64,000 bases of DNA from Octopus bimaculoides (Eukaryota), in NCBI RefSeq assembly GCF_001194135.2, contig NC_068995.1, forward strand, positions 20,220,357 to 20,284,356, read 5' to 3'. Numbering within the stretch: the stretch's first letter is position 1; each line of letters opens with the position of its first letter. Positions 13,043 through 24,230 of this stretch are shown piece after piece. The notes below the pieces were generated by a model that had not been told where the DNA came from, ran no database searches, and saw nothing but the letters and a program-made list of their open reading frames with translations. The translations under genes were made by a program, and so were the position numbers.

Positions 13043-13184
13043 AAAGAGTTCGTTAAAGCAATAGTCCTTATATTATATATAATGACTATTGCTTTAACGA
13101 ACTCTTTTCTCTTTTATTCTTCTTTTGACACGTGGAAATATGAAAGTCACCAAAATGTAAGACTATTACTTTAACGAACTCTTT
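13043..13184. repeat. 24-bp perfect inverted repeat plus a third arm copy
   Basis: AAAGAGTTCGTTAAAGCAATAGTC (13043-13066) inverted at 13084-13107; third copy with 1 mismatch at 13161-13184. Confidence 0.9.
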
Positions 13185-13547
13185 TTCCTTTTTTTCCTTA
13201 TATTTTATGTTGGCCTTCTTTTTGCATATAATCGTTCTGAAGGTGTTTATAAATTGTAACGGCAAATTCAAATTTACCCCATTTTGATAAATAGAAACAG
13301 CTGTAAACATACTCCTAATTTAATTTAATTGAACAATGACTTCAAAGCACCGATGATCCACTTCTCATTGTTATTTATTGCTCCATTTCTTATCGTCTCT
13401 CTATATATATTAAACCACTGTTCTACCTTTAAATTACCTACTACCGTATACCTCATAACGACTATACATACTGAGGTAATACACCAGGAGTGCCTATGGA
13501 TACATCTATCCCTTAGATGGGATAGATGCATCCATATATATATATAT

Positions 13548-13870
13548 TTCTTTTATTCTTCTACTTGTTTCAGTTATTTGACTGCAGTCATGTTGGAGCA
13601 CCACCTTAAAGAGTTTTAGTCGAAAAAATTGACCCCGTGATTTATTCTTTGTAAGCCTAGTACTTGTTCTATCGTCACTTTTGCTGAACCGCTAGGCTAC
13701 GAGGACATAAACAAGCCAGTATCGGTTGTCAAGTGATGGTGGTGGTTGTTGTAGTGGTGGTGGAACAAACACAGACACACGCACATAAACATATGTATGT
13801 ATATATACATATATAGGACACGCTTCGTACAGTTTCCGTCTACCAAATTTACTCACAAGGCGTTGGTCAG
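13548..13870 (-). mobile_element. SINE family B, 5'-truncated
   Basis: Tail TACTTGTTTCAGTTATTTGACTGCAGTCATGTTGGAGCACC, internal CA/TA tract, CAGTTTCCGTCTACCAAATTTACTCACAAGG. Confidence 0.9.
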
Positions 13871-13899
13871 ATTCATACACACTTACATGCCTGCATGCA

Positions 13900-14485
13900 T
13901 CGAGGAGCTACCTCCCTGTGAGATACGATGTTTTCACAAAAACAATATATAAGGTCATCCGAAAGAGCAAAATGTTCTGGAATAGACAGAAATACTGGTG
14001 GAACATTCCCATCAAAACATCTGTCAAGTATAAGCATAACACGCCGGATATTGTTATTTGGGATAGACAAGAAGAGAAACTGTGTACCGTCAAGAAGGGT
14101 CCGCTGTCCTGCTGATGTGAATATCTCTTTGGAAATAAGAGGAAGAAGATAACTATGGACAACTGCTTCGAAACCTGCAGCTTCTATATCCCGATTATAA
14201 ATTTACATTCATAAGAAGAATATTTGGTACATTTGGTTTTGTGAGTAAATGCCTAACTGACAGTCTGGATAACTTTGAATTTTCAGAAAAAGAAAGCAAC
14301 CAACTAACTCGCACATTACTAATACAGTCTGTAAGTAGAACAGTAAAAATATGCAAAACATTTCTCAGGTTTAAAATGAGACATTGTTTCCATTATTTAC
14401 ATTCCAACAATGGAGCCTTGTATTTCTATAAGAAACCAGCACCTTCTTCAAATGAATTTAGCTGATTTAAAACAGAAGGATAACA
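13900..14485 (+). mobile_element. 5'-truncated RLE non-LTR retrotransposon, second lineage, ending in (TACA)n
   Basis: With frameshifts: YWWNIPIKTSVKYKHNTPDIVIWDRQEEKLCTV..CPADVNISL..DNYGQLLRNLQLLYPDYKFTFI..GFVSKCLTDSLDNFEFSEKESNQLTRTLLIQSVSRTVKICKTFLRF; PD-(D/E)xK-type RLE. Confidence 0.8.
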
Positions 14486-14507
14486 TATATAGATACATAC
14501 ATACATA

Positions 14508-14740
14508 CGTTTATAATGGTAATTATTAAAGAACTTGGACATATAACTAATAGCCGTTGGATAATCTTGAGATGTTGAATTTCACAAGCGAGAAAAAGAC
14601 AGCTTATTAAAAAATTATTGTTGCACACTATTAATGGAAATACGAAAATATGAACAATATTTCAAAAGTTTAGCATTTACTAATCGCTAGACATATGACT
14701 CTATTTGTGAGAAATTTGAAAACCAAAACTATACAAACAT
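14508..14740 (+). mobile_element. Second, more diverged C-terminal copy of the same RLE lineage
   Basis: LDNLEMLNFTSEKK(fs)QLIKKLLLHTINGNTKI*TIFQKF aligns with the C-terminus of the 13900 copy; bounded by TACA tracts. Confidence 0.6.
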
Positions 14741-14949
14741 ACACAGATACACGTATATGTACATGCAAATATACAAAGAAAGATAGCAGCATACAAACAC
14801 GCATACACACACACTTACATACATACAGACATACATACATACATACATACATACATACTACGTACGTACGTACGTACATGCATACGCATGCATGCATATA
14901 TTCAAGATTGTGCTGATAGTCGGAAGTTTTCCATATGAACAAAAATCAA

Positions 14950-15190
14950 TATGCCACGTTACATTTTCAGTACTATTATTGGTCCTCAAGTTTGGATTAC
15001 TTCAGTAGGCACTGGAGGAAATCCTTGCTATTGACAGACAAATAAAGAGGATGGTGCCAACCATATCAACAACAATTTTGATAGATTCTGTCTAAACTTA
15101 AACGAAGAAGAATTATCAGATCTGTCCAAACACCTTTTAAACGCAGAATTGTTATGTCATAGTAATATGCTGTTAATCACATCTCTTTCG
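14950..15190 (+). mobile_element. Decayed RT-thumb fragment of an R4-like non-LTR element
   Basis: FGLLQ*ALEEILAIDRQIKRM and NHINNNFDRFCLN resemble the FGxLxWTxxExxxIDRKTRK..HxNSDIDRLY segment of RLE LINEs (recalled consensus). Confidence 0.45.
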
Positions 15191-16611
15191 GTAAAGATTG
15201 GCACTGAACATAAGCTTTATGTTGTTATTCTTGTTGTTGTTTATTACTAATTCAGACCAGATCGAATATATTTATAACCAAAGGTGTTCGAATCTTGACG
15301 GTTCCTTTCATTTGCTAGGACTACCACATGCCCAATGTAGGATACAGTTTGGGGATAAATTATCTTCTATTACAGCTTAGAAGGAAAGGAAGAAAACCGG
15401 AGAACGGAATAGAGATACGAGTAGGCCATATAACTCATCTTTCTGGGGAATTCGTATAAATGAAAAACACCGTTTTATTTTAATTAATTTTGGAAAATCT
15501 TGCCTCTCACAATATAGAAGCATTTCTCATGACTCCAGCAGACAAAATGGAAAAGGTGTTGCCTCGAGGATGGTGAAGGAAATCTCACTAGTTTAGAGTA
15601 TTATGGTTTCTGGGGGTGTTACTCTATAAGTGACGTTGTGATGTGTTTATCTACTGTAGAGGCAGACTTCTTAACGGTCACATGTTACATGTGTCCGTTA
15701 CATGTACACAATTCACTGATATAAGCTACACAGTATAAATGCTTCGTTCCACTCTACTTCTGTATTACTCTATACTGTTGGTCAGATGGGTACAGGTTTG
15801 TGAAGTTATGAGCTCTGAGAAACTAAATTACCTCAAGAACACCATTGAAGGGATTTTCTCAGATGCAACGTCTACGAACAAGTGAACTGTGAGAATCACA
15901 CAATCACCTTTCTCTCTCTACCTCCTCTCTCTCTCTTTGTCTCAGGACAGAATAGTTGTGAGAAACTTTCTGCATTTCGATAAAATATTATGTATTAGTG
16001 TAAATACAACAAAAGGGCGTTTGTTACCTCTTATAGATGGTCTGAATATCTGCGTCAGGGAAGTTCCTTTCCAAGCTATAGGCCCGAACATACTTATTTT
16101 AATGAAGTCCTGAAGCTGAGATGTACGAAAGTTTCCCTATACAGACAATCGGTATTTCAAGGGAAAGGCGATAGACCGATACAGTTTGTCACCAGTGTCG
16201 TCGTAGTTGTTACTTTGAGAAAGCGAAATGCTGTAACAAGCGCGGCAAGACATCTAATCCACCGGTCGAGCGTGGTAGTTTATTCATTGATCCCAACAGA
16301 ATAAAGCGCAAAATTGACATTTGCCATATCTGAAATCTGTGTGCAGAAGTTGAGAACAAATACCGCAACGTATTTTATCCAACACTTTATAGAATTTGTC
16401 ATCCCGCAGAATTATTGTTAAATATATGTGAAATATGAAGAGTAATTGAGCGTAAGAGAGTGACTACAAACAATATTGTTTATTATTCGATTCAACAGTT
16501 ATTTTTCTTATACGATGTTCACCATGAAATGGCTAGAAGTGGCTACATGGGCATTACATTATGATCGTAGATATTAGCTATGTGAAATTAGTGAAGAAGA
16601 CTTACAGTATA

Positions 16612-16830
16612 TCGATTTCAAATTTTGACACAGGTCCAGCAATTTCGGCGAAGGGGCAACGTCGATTATATTGACCCACCCAGTATTCATCTATACTTAT
16701 TTTATCGACCCCCGAAGGATGAAAGGCAAAGTCGACTTCGGCGGAATTTGAACTCAGAACATAAAAACGGACGAAATGCCGCTAAGTATTTTGCTCGGTA
16801 TTTTAACTTTTCCGCCAGCTCGCCACCTTA
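16612..16830 (-). mobile_element. SINE family A, full length (tail A1)
   Basis: Minus strand GGTGGCGAGCTGGCGGAA (A-box-like)..TTAGCGGCATTTCGTCC..GAGTTCAAATTCC (B-box)..GACTTTGCCTTTCATCCTTCGGGGGTCGATAAAATAAGTA..CCTGTGTCAAAATTTGAAATC. Confidence 0.92.
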
Positions 16831-16959
16831 AAGACATACAATATACGGGTAGAACCGTTTCAAAGACGCTCGAAACTGCTGACATTACGTGAGTAATGTC
16901 TTACTATGAACTTTCTATGATGCTTTTTGTTTCAATTCAAGATATCAAAAACGAACCAA

Positions 16960-17140
16960 CGGATGAGCTTCTGCGTCAAATCTCCCGCAAATTAGACCCT
17001 ATCATCTTAAAACAAAGAGAAATACATTGGTTAATGTTGTTCTAGATACATCATGCCGTTAAAAACAATGCGGCTTTTACGGCTGGAAAGCAATTAATCA
17101 TAAGTCTCCTCGACCAGGTTGACCTTGGGCTAAACAATAG
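16960..17140 (+). mobile_element. Unclassified dispersed repeat family D
   Basis: CAAATCTCCC..ACCCTATCATCTTAAAA..ACATTGGTTAATGT..CTAGATAC..ATCATAAGTCT..GACCTTGGGCTAAACAA; related pieces near 3475, 6840, 10010, 18880, 20760, 20945, 23590, 24455, 24865, 44210, 63240. Confidence 0.6.
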
Positions 17141-18004
17141 AAACACTGATGCCAAATATTTTCCTCTTTTGACCCGAACACTTGGCGTTTGCATGCCATA
17201 CTTAATAGATACACCCAGAAAGTGGGTCATACAATTTTGTAGAACATAATAACACAGGAAATGTCAATATGGTTTATTGCTAACGAAACCAATGTGCCTT
17301 CAGGAATGCCTTCGTTAATAACACTTACTGAAATAAACCCAACGCCCTCCAAAAGCTATGTAGCACTCGGTTTACGAATAAAGGGTATAAAGGATATTGT
17401 ATACATACGCCTATAAAGATAAAATTGAGCTAAAGGAAATAGCTCAAATAAGCCATTGGTATGGATTGAGATTATGTAGGTGCTTGCGTGCTAAATGCCA
17501 TACGCAAAAATTCTCAATTAATTGAACATTTTCATCTTAGCCAGAGAAGACAAACACACACTCACTCAAAGAGAGAGAGAGAGAGAGATAGAGGGAGGAG
17601 AGGGGNNNNNNNNNNNNNNNNNNNNNNNNNNNNNNNNNNNNNNNNNNNNNNNNNNNNNNNNNNNNNNNNNNNNNNNNNNNNNNNNNNNNNNNNNNNNNNN
17701 NNNNNNNNNNNNNNNNNNNNNNNNNNNNNNNNNNNNNNNNNNNNNNNNNNNNNNNNNNNNNNNNNNNNNNNNNNNNNNNNNNNNNNNNNNNNNNNNNNNN
17801 NNNNNNNNTAAAACAATTCTCATATTTAAGGAGAAAATTCATCTTTGTTAGTGCATAAGTCCATTCTGTACATCCATACGTACTTGGTTCATCTTAAAAG
17901 CATGCCATCGATTCATTTGAGTTATTTCCTTTATTGCAATAGTTTTTTTTTTTAGTTTTTTTTACCAAATTTATTATTGCTTGCCAAAAATAATTATTCA
18001 TCTA

Positions 18005-18117
18005 ACTGGGGTCGATTCATTCGACTAAAAAGTTCTTCAAGGCGGTGGCCCAGCATGGTCACAGTGTAATGGCTGAATGTTTGAAACAATTAAAAGATAA
18101 AAGATTAAAAAAGAATA
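18005..18117 (+). mobile_element. SINE family B, tail fragment
   Basis: CTGGGGTCGATTCATTCGACTAAAA..AAGGCGGTGGCCCAGCATGGTCACAGT..GAAACAATTAAAAGATAAAAGA. Confidence 0.8.
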
Positions 18118-19599
18118 CTGCTTTTTTTTGTAAAAGTTTATGATTATTGATCAACTGATTTTGGGTTATTCATGTTCCGCCGACGAGGTCTGCAATATCT
18201 AGGCGTGGGCCCACTATCAAGGATCCTACAAGAACACACCACGTAAATGCCCCATCGAGGTTTCCTTGAAACAGAATGAATGTATACAAAAATTTCTAAT
18301 TTTCCTCATTTCATGAAGTTATTCTTTAAAGATATATCGAAAAGACCATCACGTTTAATTAGACGCAAGCTTATCTTCTAAGTGGAATTCATTTGTCTTC
18401 CATTCAAATTGTAACAATGCTAATTTTTGTGCATATCTATGATTATCTAATTTAGTGCGCCTTCCTTTTTACTTTTTATCGCTTGATGAGACTGTGATTC
18501 GTCTCTGAGCCTTCGTGAGTGACAGGAGGAAAGGAAGAAGTTATGACCAGACCGGAGTCCTGACTCAATTATGATAACTGAAACATACTGAACCCCACTC
18601 AACACAGCTAAAGACCGGGTGATGGTGTTAAACTGCGTTTCAGATTGAGTCTACTACTCAAGCAGCCCACAGTGGTATTTGAACTCGGAACACAGGGAAC
18701 TGGAACACATGCTGCTATTCACCGTTCTAGATCGATATTTCATTTATCGACTCCACAATGTTGTTTTCGGTGGGATCTGAACGCGGAATTCAATGATCCC
18801 GAATAAACAGCGCAAAGTTGTTTTTCTCTCCCATCAGATGCTTTAATTACTCAAATAATTTACTGTTTAAAGATGGTAAAGTACGATTTAAAACGAATTG
18901 GCTGCTATTTCTAGTAAGTCGAACGACCATGTAATGGTTCTGTTCTTTCAGTTGTATTGATACTTGGTGTACTTGCCTTGCATTGGCAACTAAAATAATA
19001 AAACACATGCAACGAATTATAGCGCCAAGGCAAAGGTAGAGTATAGAAGTAGTTAGTATTATTACTGTTTAATCAAAATAGCTAAAACAAAAACAAAAAA
19101 CAAAAAAAATTGTTAATATTTCAAAACTGAATCGTTAGAGAAAGCGAAAGATAAGCGATGCAATGTTTTGACAACCAGCTTGTCCACTGCACTCGTGATG
19201 AAGTCGACAACAAGGCAAGAACACACTTAACTGGCATTGTGGAAACAATTTAAAATCATGATGTTAGTTAATAAACTCATGTTGTGTCTATAGAATTCAA
19301 TATCACGGCAGGTTCAAAGTTCTTAACATATTGCACCACCTTTCTCATGGGAATCATCGATGAAAGAATGCTAGCGGTATATTACAATAAATTGGTCACC
19401 ATCGAACTAAGTCAGTAAGTTGGCGACAAGAGGTTACCAACCGAAGTAAGTCTGAGATAGCAACAGAGAAACTTAACGCACTTCAAAAAGGACATTGTTT
19501 TTTCCATTAGACTAAATTTCAGTTGTTTTCACAGGAGGCCTATTTGTACGTATTAACTTTATTTTCAGTTAAATGGTAATTTATTAAATTGATACCAAG

Positions 19600-20425
19600 C
19601 CAGATATCACGAGGATGGGATTAGTCAATCATACTGAACACAGTCCTTCACTTCACTGTTATTTTCTTTTATCAACCTTGAAAGAATGAAAGGCAAAGTT
19701 CAACCAGGTGTTGTTTGAACTCAGAACTTACATAGCCGGAACAAATACTCCTAGGCACAAGACCAGAATTTTGGGGAAATGGTGCTAGCCCATAAGATCG
19801 ACTCTAGTACTCGACTGGTACTTATTTTATCGACCCAGAAAGGATGAAAGACAAAGTCGGCCTCGACGAGATGCTTTTAAGTATTTTGTCCGATGGGCTA
19901 ACGATTCTGCCAACTTACAACCGGAATAAGTAATGGCTTCAAATTTTGGCATAAGCCCAGCAATTTCAGGGGAGTGGGTGAGACGATTGCATGGATCCCA
20001 GTGCTCAACTGATACTTATTTTATCGACCCCGAAAAGATGAAAGGCCAAGTTGACCTCGTGGGAATTTGAACACTAAACGTAAAGAGTCGGAAGAAATGC
20101 CTCTAAGCATTTATTCCGGTGTGCTAATGACTCTGTCTCCTCAACGCCTTAAACCCGAAACAAATAATGCAAGGCGTTTTCTCCGACGTTCTAACGCTTT
20201 TACAGACCACTGACCTTAATTTCTTAAATGGGCAAAGAGTCAGAAATTTGGATACAAGGGTTAGCCGATTATATCGATCCCATAACTTGAGTTCTTGGTT
20301 CCATATAAATTTATCGCCCCAAGAGCGATGAAAAGGTGTAATTGATATTAGTGGGATTTGAACTTAGAATGTAAAGTCCAGGAACAAATAACACAATGCA
20401 TTTTCTCCGACGCTCTAACGGATTG
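19600..20425 (-). mobile_element. Stack of at least four co-oriented SINE A copies
   Basis: Repeated TACTTATTTTATCGACCC..GATGAAAGGC..TTTGAAC blocks at about 19600-19755, 19755-19925, 19930-20155 and 20225-20425. Confidence 0.85.
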
Positions 20426-20670
20426 CTTTCATTTAAGTATTCGGTAACGATAATCCCGCGATATATTATCTGGCAACGGTTAACGTGAATGATTAACCCC
20501 TTTCCTCCGAAATATCAGAAAGCACGAGACTGATACACTGGCTTTTATATAAACAAATTCCAAATACAGCTTTTTATGGTGGCAAATGTTTAAGATACTT
20601 TAATATTTTCAGTAAGTAAAATAACTGGTTAAACTAAGTTCAGTCATATAAAGTTCTGTGTATGGTCGAA

Positions 20671-20705
<35 letters not shown>

Positions 20706-20712
20706 CAGAGAC

Positions 20713-20749
<37 letters not shown>

Positions 20750-20845
20750 GAGCGTGTCTACGTAGTCACTCGACTTGCTAGAAATAGCAACTAAATCTTC
20801 CTCAAATTTCAGAAATAGGTATACTTACGGATACATACCTCCCTA

Positions 20846-20897
<52 letters not shown>

Positions 20898-21049
20898 GAT
20901 GTGAATGTATAAACATGCACACACACGCACATACAGAGTCACTCAACCAGTTAGATACAGCAGCAAAATCTTCATATCACGTCCTCCTGATAAGAAAGAG
21001 GGAAAGACACACCGGATAATTATAGCACAGGGTAAACCATGATGATCTT

Positions 21050-21150
21050 TAGTTGTTCGTGTTTTACTTGTTTCAATGATTGGACTGCGGCCATGCTGGG
21101 ACACCACCTTGAAGGATTTTAGTCAAACAAATCGATTCCAGTATATATTC
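21050..21150 (-). mobile_element. SINE family B, tail fragment
   Basis: TTTTACTTGTTTCAATGATTGGACTGCGGCCATGCTGGGACACCACCTTGAAGG. Confidence 0.8.
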
Positions 21151-21650
21151 TTTTTATTTGTTTTATTCTTTTGTTCTTTGGTGCACCGGCAGTATTATCC
21201 ACTTTTAATGAACATTGTTTTGTGATAGAAGGAAGTTTGATATTGCTGCCCTTTTTGAGGTTCTTGCCGTGATGGAGGTTCATTCGGGATCTTGGAGGGC
21301 AGAAAGTCAAGTTATTTCTTGAAAATATCTTCACCCACTCCAGTTAGATCTCTCACATTGTGTTTTTAGTGGAGGGAGAGGAAGAAGCAGTTGTAGTACT
21401 TGGTCCTCACTCTAGACGGGATGGATGGAACCTTTGGAACGGGGCAGTGATGTCCTTTGCGTGGGGGGGGGGCAAGGAAGGCTGGTTATAACTCTCGGTT
21501 TGTATATATCACACAGGATACACAGAGAAAGAAGGAAAGAACTCAGGAACGAAAGAAGGAAAGAAACAAACCAACAAAACAAAGAAAGAAGGAAGGAACA
21601 AAGAAATACTTGAGAAAGAAATACTGTGAAAGAGGAAGAGAGAGAGACAG

Positions 21651-21732
<82 letters not shown>

Positions 21733-22229
21733 TGTGTCTGTGTGTGTGTGTGTGTGAACACAACGCAACGCAGACATCAAAAACAAATAGACTTTCACTA
21801 TATTACAATACAGGTAGTTATTTTTTTGGTTTTGACTTTGTGTGTATGTGTGTGCATGTGTGTGTATGTGTGGTAGTGTGCGTGTGTGTGTGTCTATGCG
21901 TGTGTCTGTGTGTGTCTTTTTGCTTCTGTGTGTCTTTCAGCATAGAGACTACGCAACACGTATTTTAAAGAAAGACGTTCACTACAACAACAGCTTGCTG
22001 ATGTTATGGTTATTAAGAGAGAAATACAGTGAAATTGACAGTGTGTGTGAGTGTGTGTATGAGTGTGTGTATGTGTGCGCGCGCTTACGCGTGCAAGATA
22101 GATATGTAAAATGTTATCACCACAGAAACTAACGAGACTTTCACTATGTAACAGTCTACTATTAAAAGATGGTACATGCAGGATTAAGAAATATTTTTAC
22201 CGGCAGCGCAGCGACGGTTAAAAACCTAG

Positions 22230-22432
22230 TAGTTATTAATTTCTAACGGTATAAATTTTTGTGGAAAGGTATATTGGATTATATCGATCCTACTTCTGGA
22301 CTTGTATTTTATTTTATCGATACCGACAGGATAAAGGAAAGTTCCACTTCGACAGGATTTGAACTCACGATAACATAACTAAATACTGCATAAAACATTT
22401 GGTCTGGGGTTGTAAGGATTCTGTCGCTCCCG
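22230..22432 (-). mobile_element. SINE family A, decayed
   Basis: TTTTATTTTATCGATACCGACAGGATAAAGG..CGACAGGATTTGAACTCA. Confidence 0.7.
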
Positions 22433-22842
22433 CCGTGCTCTCCTCTAAAATGGTTATTAGGACGGGTTCACATACGGGTTTACTGACCCAATCTTCACGA
22501 TTTTCGAATTCCTAAATAATAACCAGACAGCGTTAAGTGTTCTGGGAATTTCTCAGCGAATAAGGAAGAAGAAGAAGAAGAAGAAGAAGAAGAAAAAGAA
22601 GAAGAAAAAGAAGAAGAAAAAGAAGAAGAAGAGGGATTCTGAATTCTTTATTCTCTGCTGATGATTTTATGTCAGAGTCCGTTTTACTGTGGAAACGTGG
22701 AACCTGATAAAGGCATCTAAACCAGTCAACCGAAACGTTGGAAGAGACGCAAGAAGGTAACTCTCAATGATATCTTGTCTCGGACCGTCAGTTTTGTCAT
22801 TCTGTCAGTGAAACATGGCGTAGCGCTGCGTAGGTTGCGGGG

Positions 22843-23550
22843 ATGCTAATGCTGCATCTGCTAGTGGTGCTTGTAGTGGTAGTGGTGGAGGTGTTTGTAG
22901 TGGTAGTAGCTATGGTGACGGTGACAGTGATGATGGTAGTGCTGCTGGTGGTGGAGGTGCCGGTGGTGGAGGTTGTAGCGATGGTGGTTATGGTGGTGAT
23001 GATTGCAGGTGTGGTTACTGTGGTAGTGGAGGTTATAGTGGTGGTGATTATGGTGATGGTGGTGGTGGTTGTTGGTAGTGGTTGTGGTGGTAGTTATTTT
23101 GGTTGATGTTGTTGCTGTTGTTGTGGTGGTGGTGGGGGGGGGGGGTTACGATGGTAGCTATGTTTGGGATGGTGGGGTCGGTGTTGATGCTGGTCGAAGG
23201 GATTGTGGTGATTGCGTTGATGGTTCTAATTTTTGTGATGGTGATGATAATGGAGTAAAGTAGTCCTGGAGATAAAGATATGTGGTGGGGTTTAGTGGGG
23301 GTTGGAGTGTTTGGTGGTAGCTGTGGTGGTGATGATGGTGGTGGTTGTCTACGTGAAGAAGTGTTGTTCTTCTACAAGATGTATTGCTATTATTTTTGTT
23401 GTTGTTGTTTTGTTGTTATTGCTTCCCTTCTTGTTATTGTTCAAGTTGTTGTTGTTGGTAGTGGTCACCCTTTTCGAAATTATATTGCTTCATCTGTTGT
23501 TCTTGTTGTTCATGGTGGTGATGGTGGTGGTGGTAGTTCCTTCCTCGAAT
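22843..23550. repeat. Degenerate triplet mosaic (GGT/GTT/GAT/GTA)
   Basis: Cryptically simple, 3-periodic G/T-rich tract; source of the Val-rich ORFs in the track. Confidence 0.85.
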
Positions 23551-23749
23551 AAACGAAACTATGACCACTGCCATTCCAGGTCCTAACAAACCCATCTTTT
23601 TAGTACCTTTTATTACATTAATCTAGTTAAATCCTTTGCAAGTCATTAGATGGCAGTTGTGTGAGATTCGGCTACTATATTCAGCAAATCAAGAGATCTT
23701 TCAAGGGTTCCTAGCAATTCAATGCGACTCCCTATTTGATTAATGTCTT

Positions 23750-24230
23750 CTTCACTGCTTCAAATTACCCTAGTTGACTGGAGACTTTAATCGATCCTAT
23801 TTTTCCTCGTGAGCTGGGAGCTTTCTCGCAGGTTCAAGATACCTTTCGTGACTGATAGCTTCTCCGTTATTTCCCTTATTCTCTGGGTAAGTATAGGCGC
23901 CCTCGCCGGTTGGAGGTTTTATGATTCACAAGTGGTTTCGTAGTTGGCTGGTGGAGTCTCTGTTGGCTCAACACTACTTAGTTGGCTCAGTTGACCTTAG
24001 TTCTCTGAAGCCTCGCTGAGCAGTTTCATCCTAGTTCACTGGAGGTTCCTCCTGTTAATCAGAGACGACGTAGGTGGCTGAAGGCTTCATCGTTAACTAG
24101 AAGATATCTCTATGTTTGGAAACTTCTCCTCCTCACCACTTCGTCGGAGATTTACTGTTGAGTAGAGATATTTCTCTTGCTTCAAGCTTACTTTGTTGAT
24201 TGAGCTAGTGGCTACTGCAGAAAAATAAAA
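23750..24230. repeat. Decayed minisatellite-like array with a recurring CTAGTTGACTGGAG-like motif
   Basis: Variants CTAGTTGACTGGAG, GTAGTTGGCTGGTGGAG, TTAGTTGGCTCAG, CTAGTTCACTGGAGG, GTAGGTGGCTGAAGG, CGTTAACTAGAAG. Confidence 0.5.

Noticed and set aside
18485-18515. TTGATGAGAC..GTCTC hairpin resembling a hammerhead stem II
   Set aside because: Core C and GAAA absent
19600-20425. Regularly recurring motifs superficially like a CRISPR or other repeat-spacer array
   Set aside because: Units are 150-230 bp diverged SINE copies in a eukaryotic context; no cas genes
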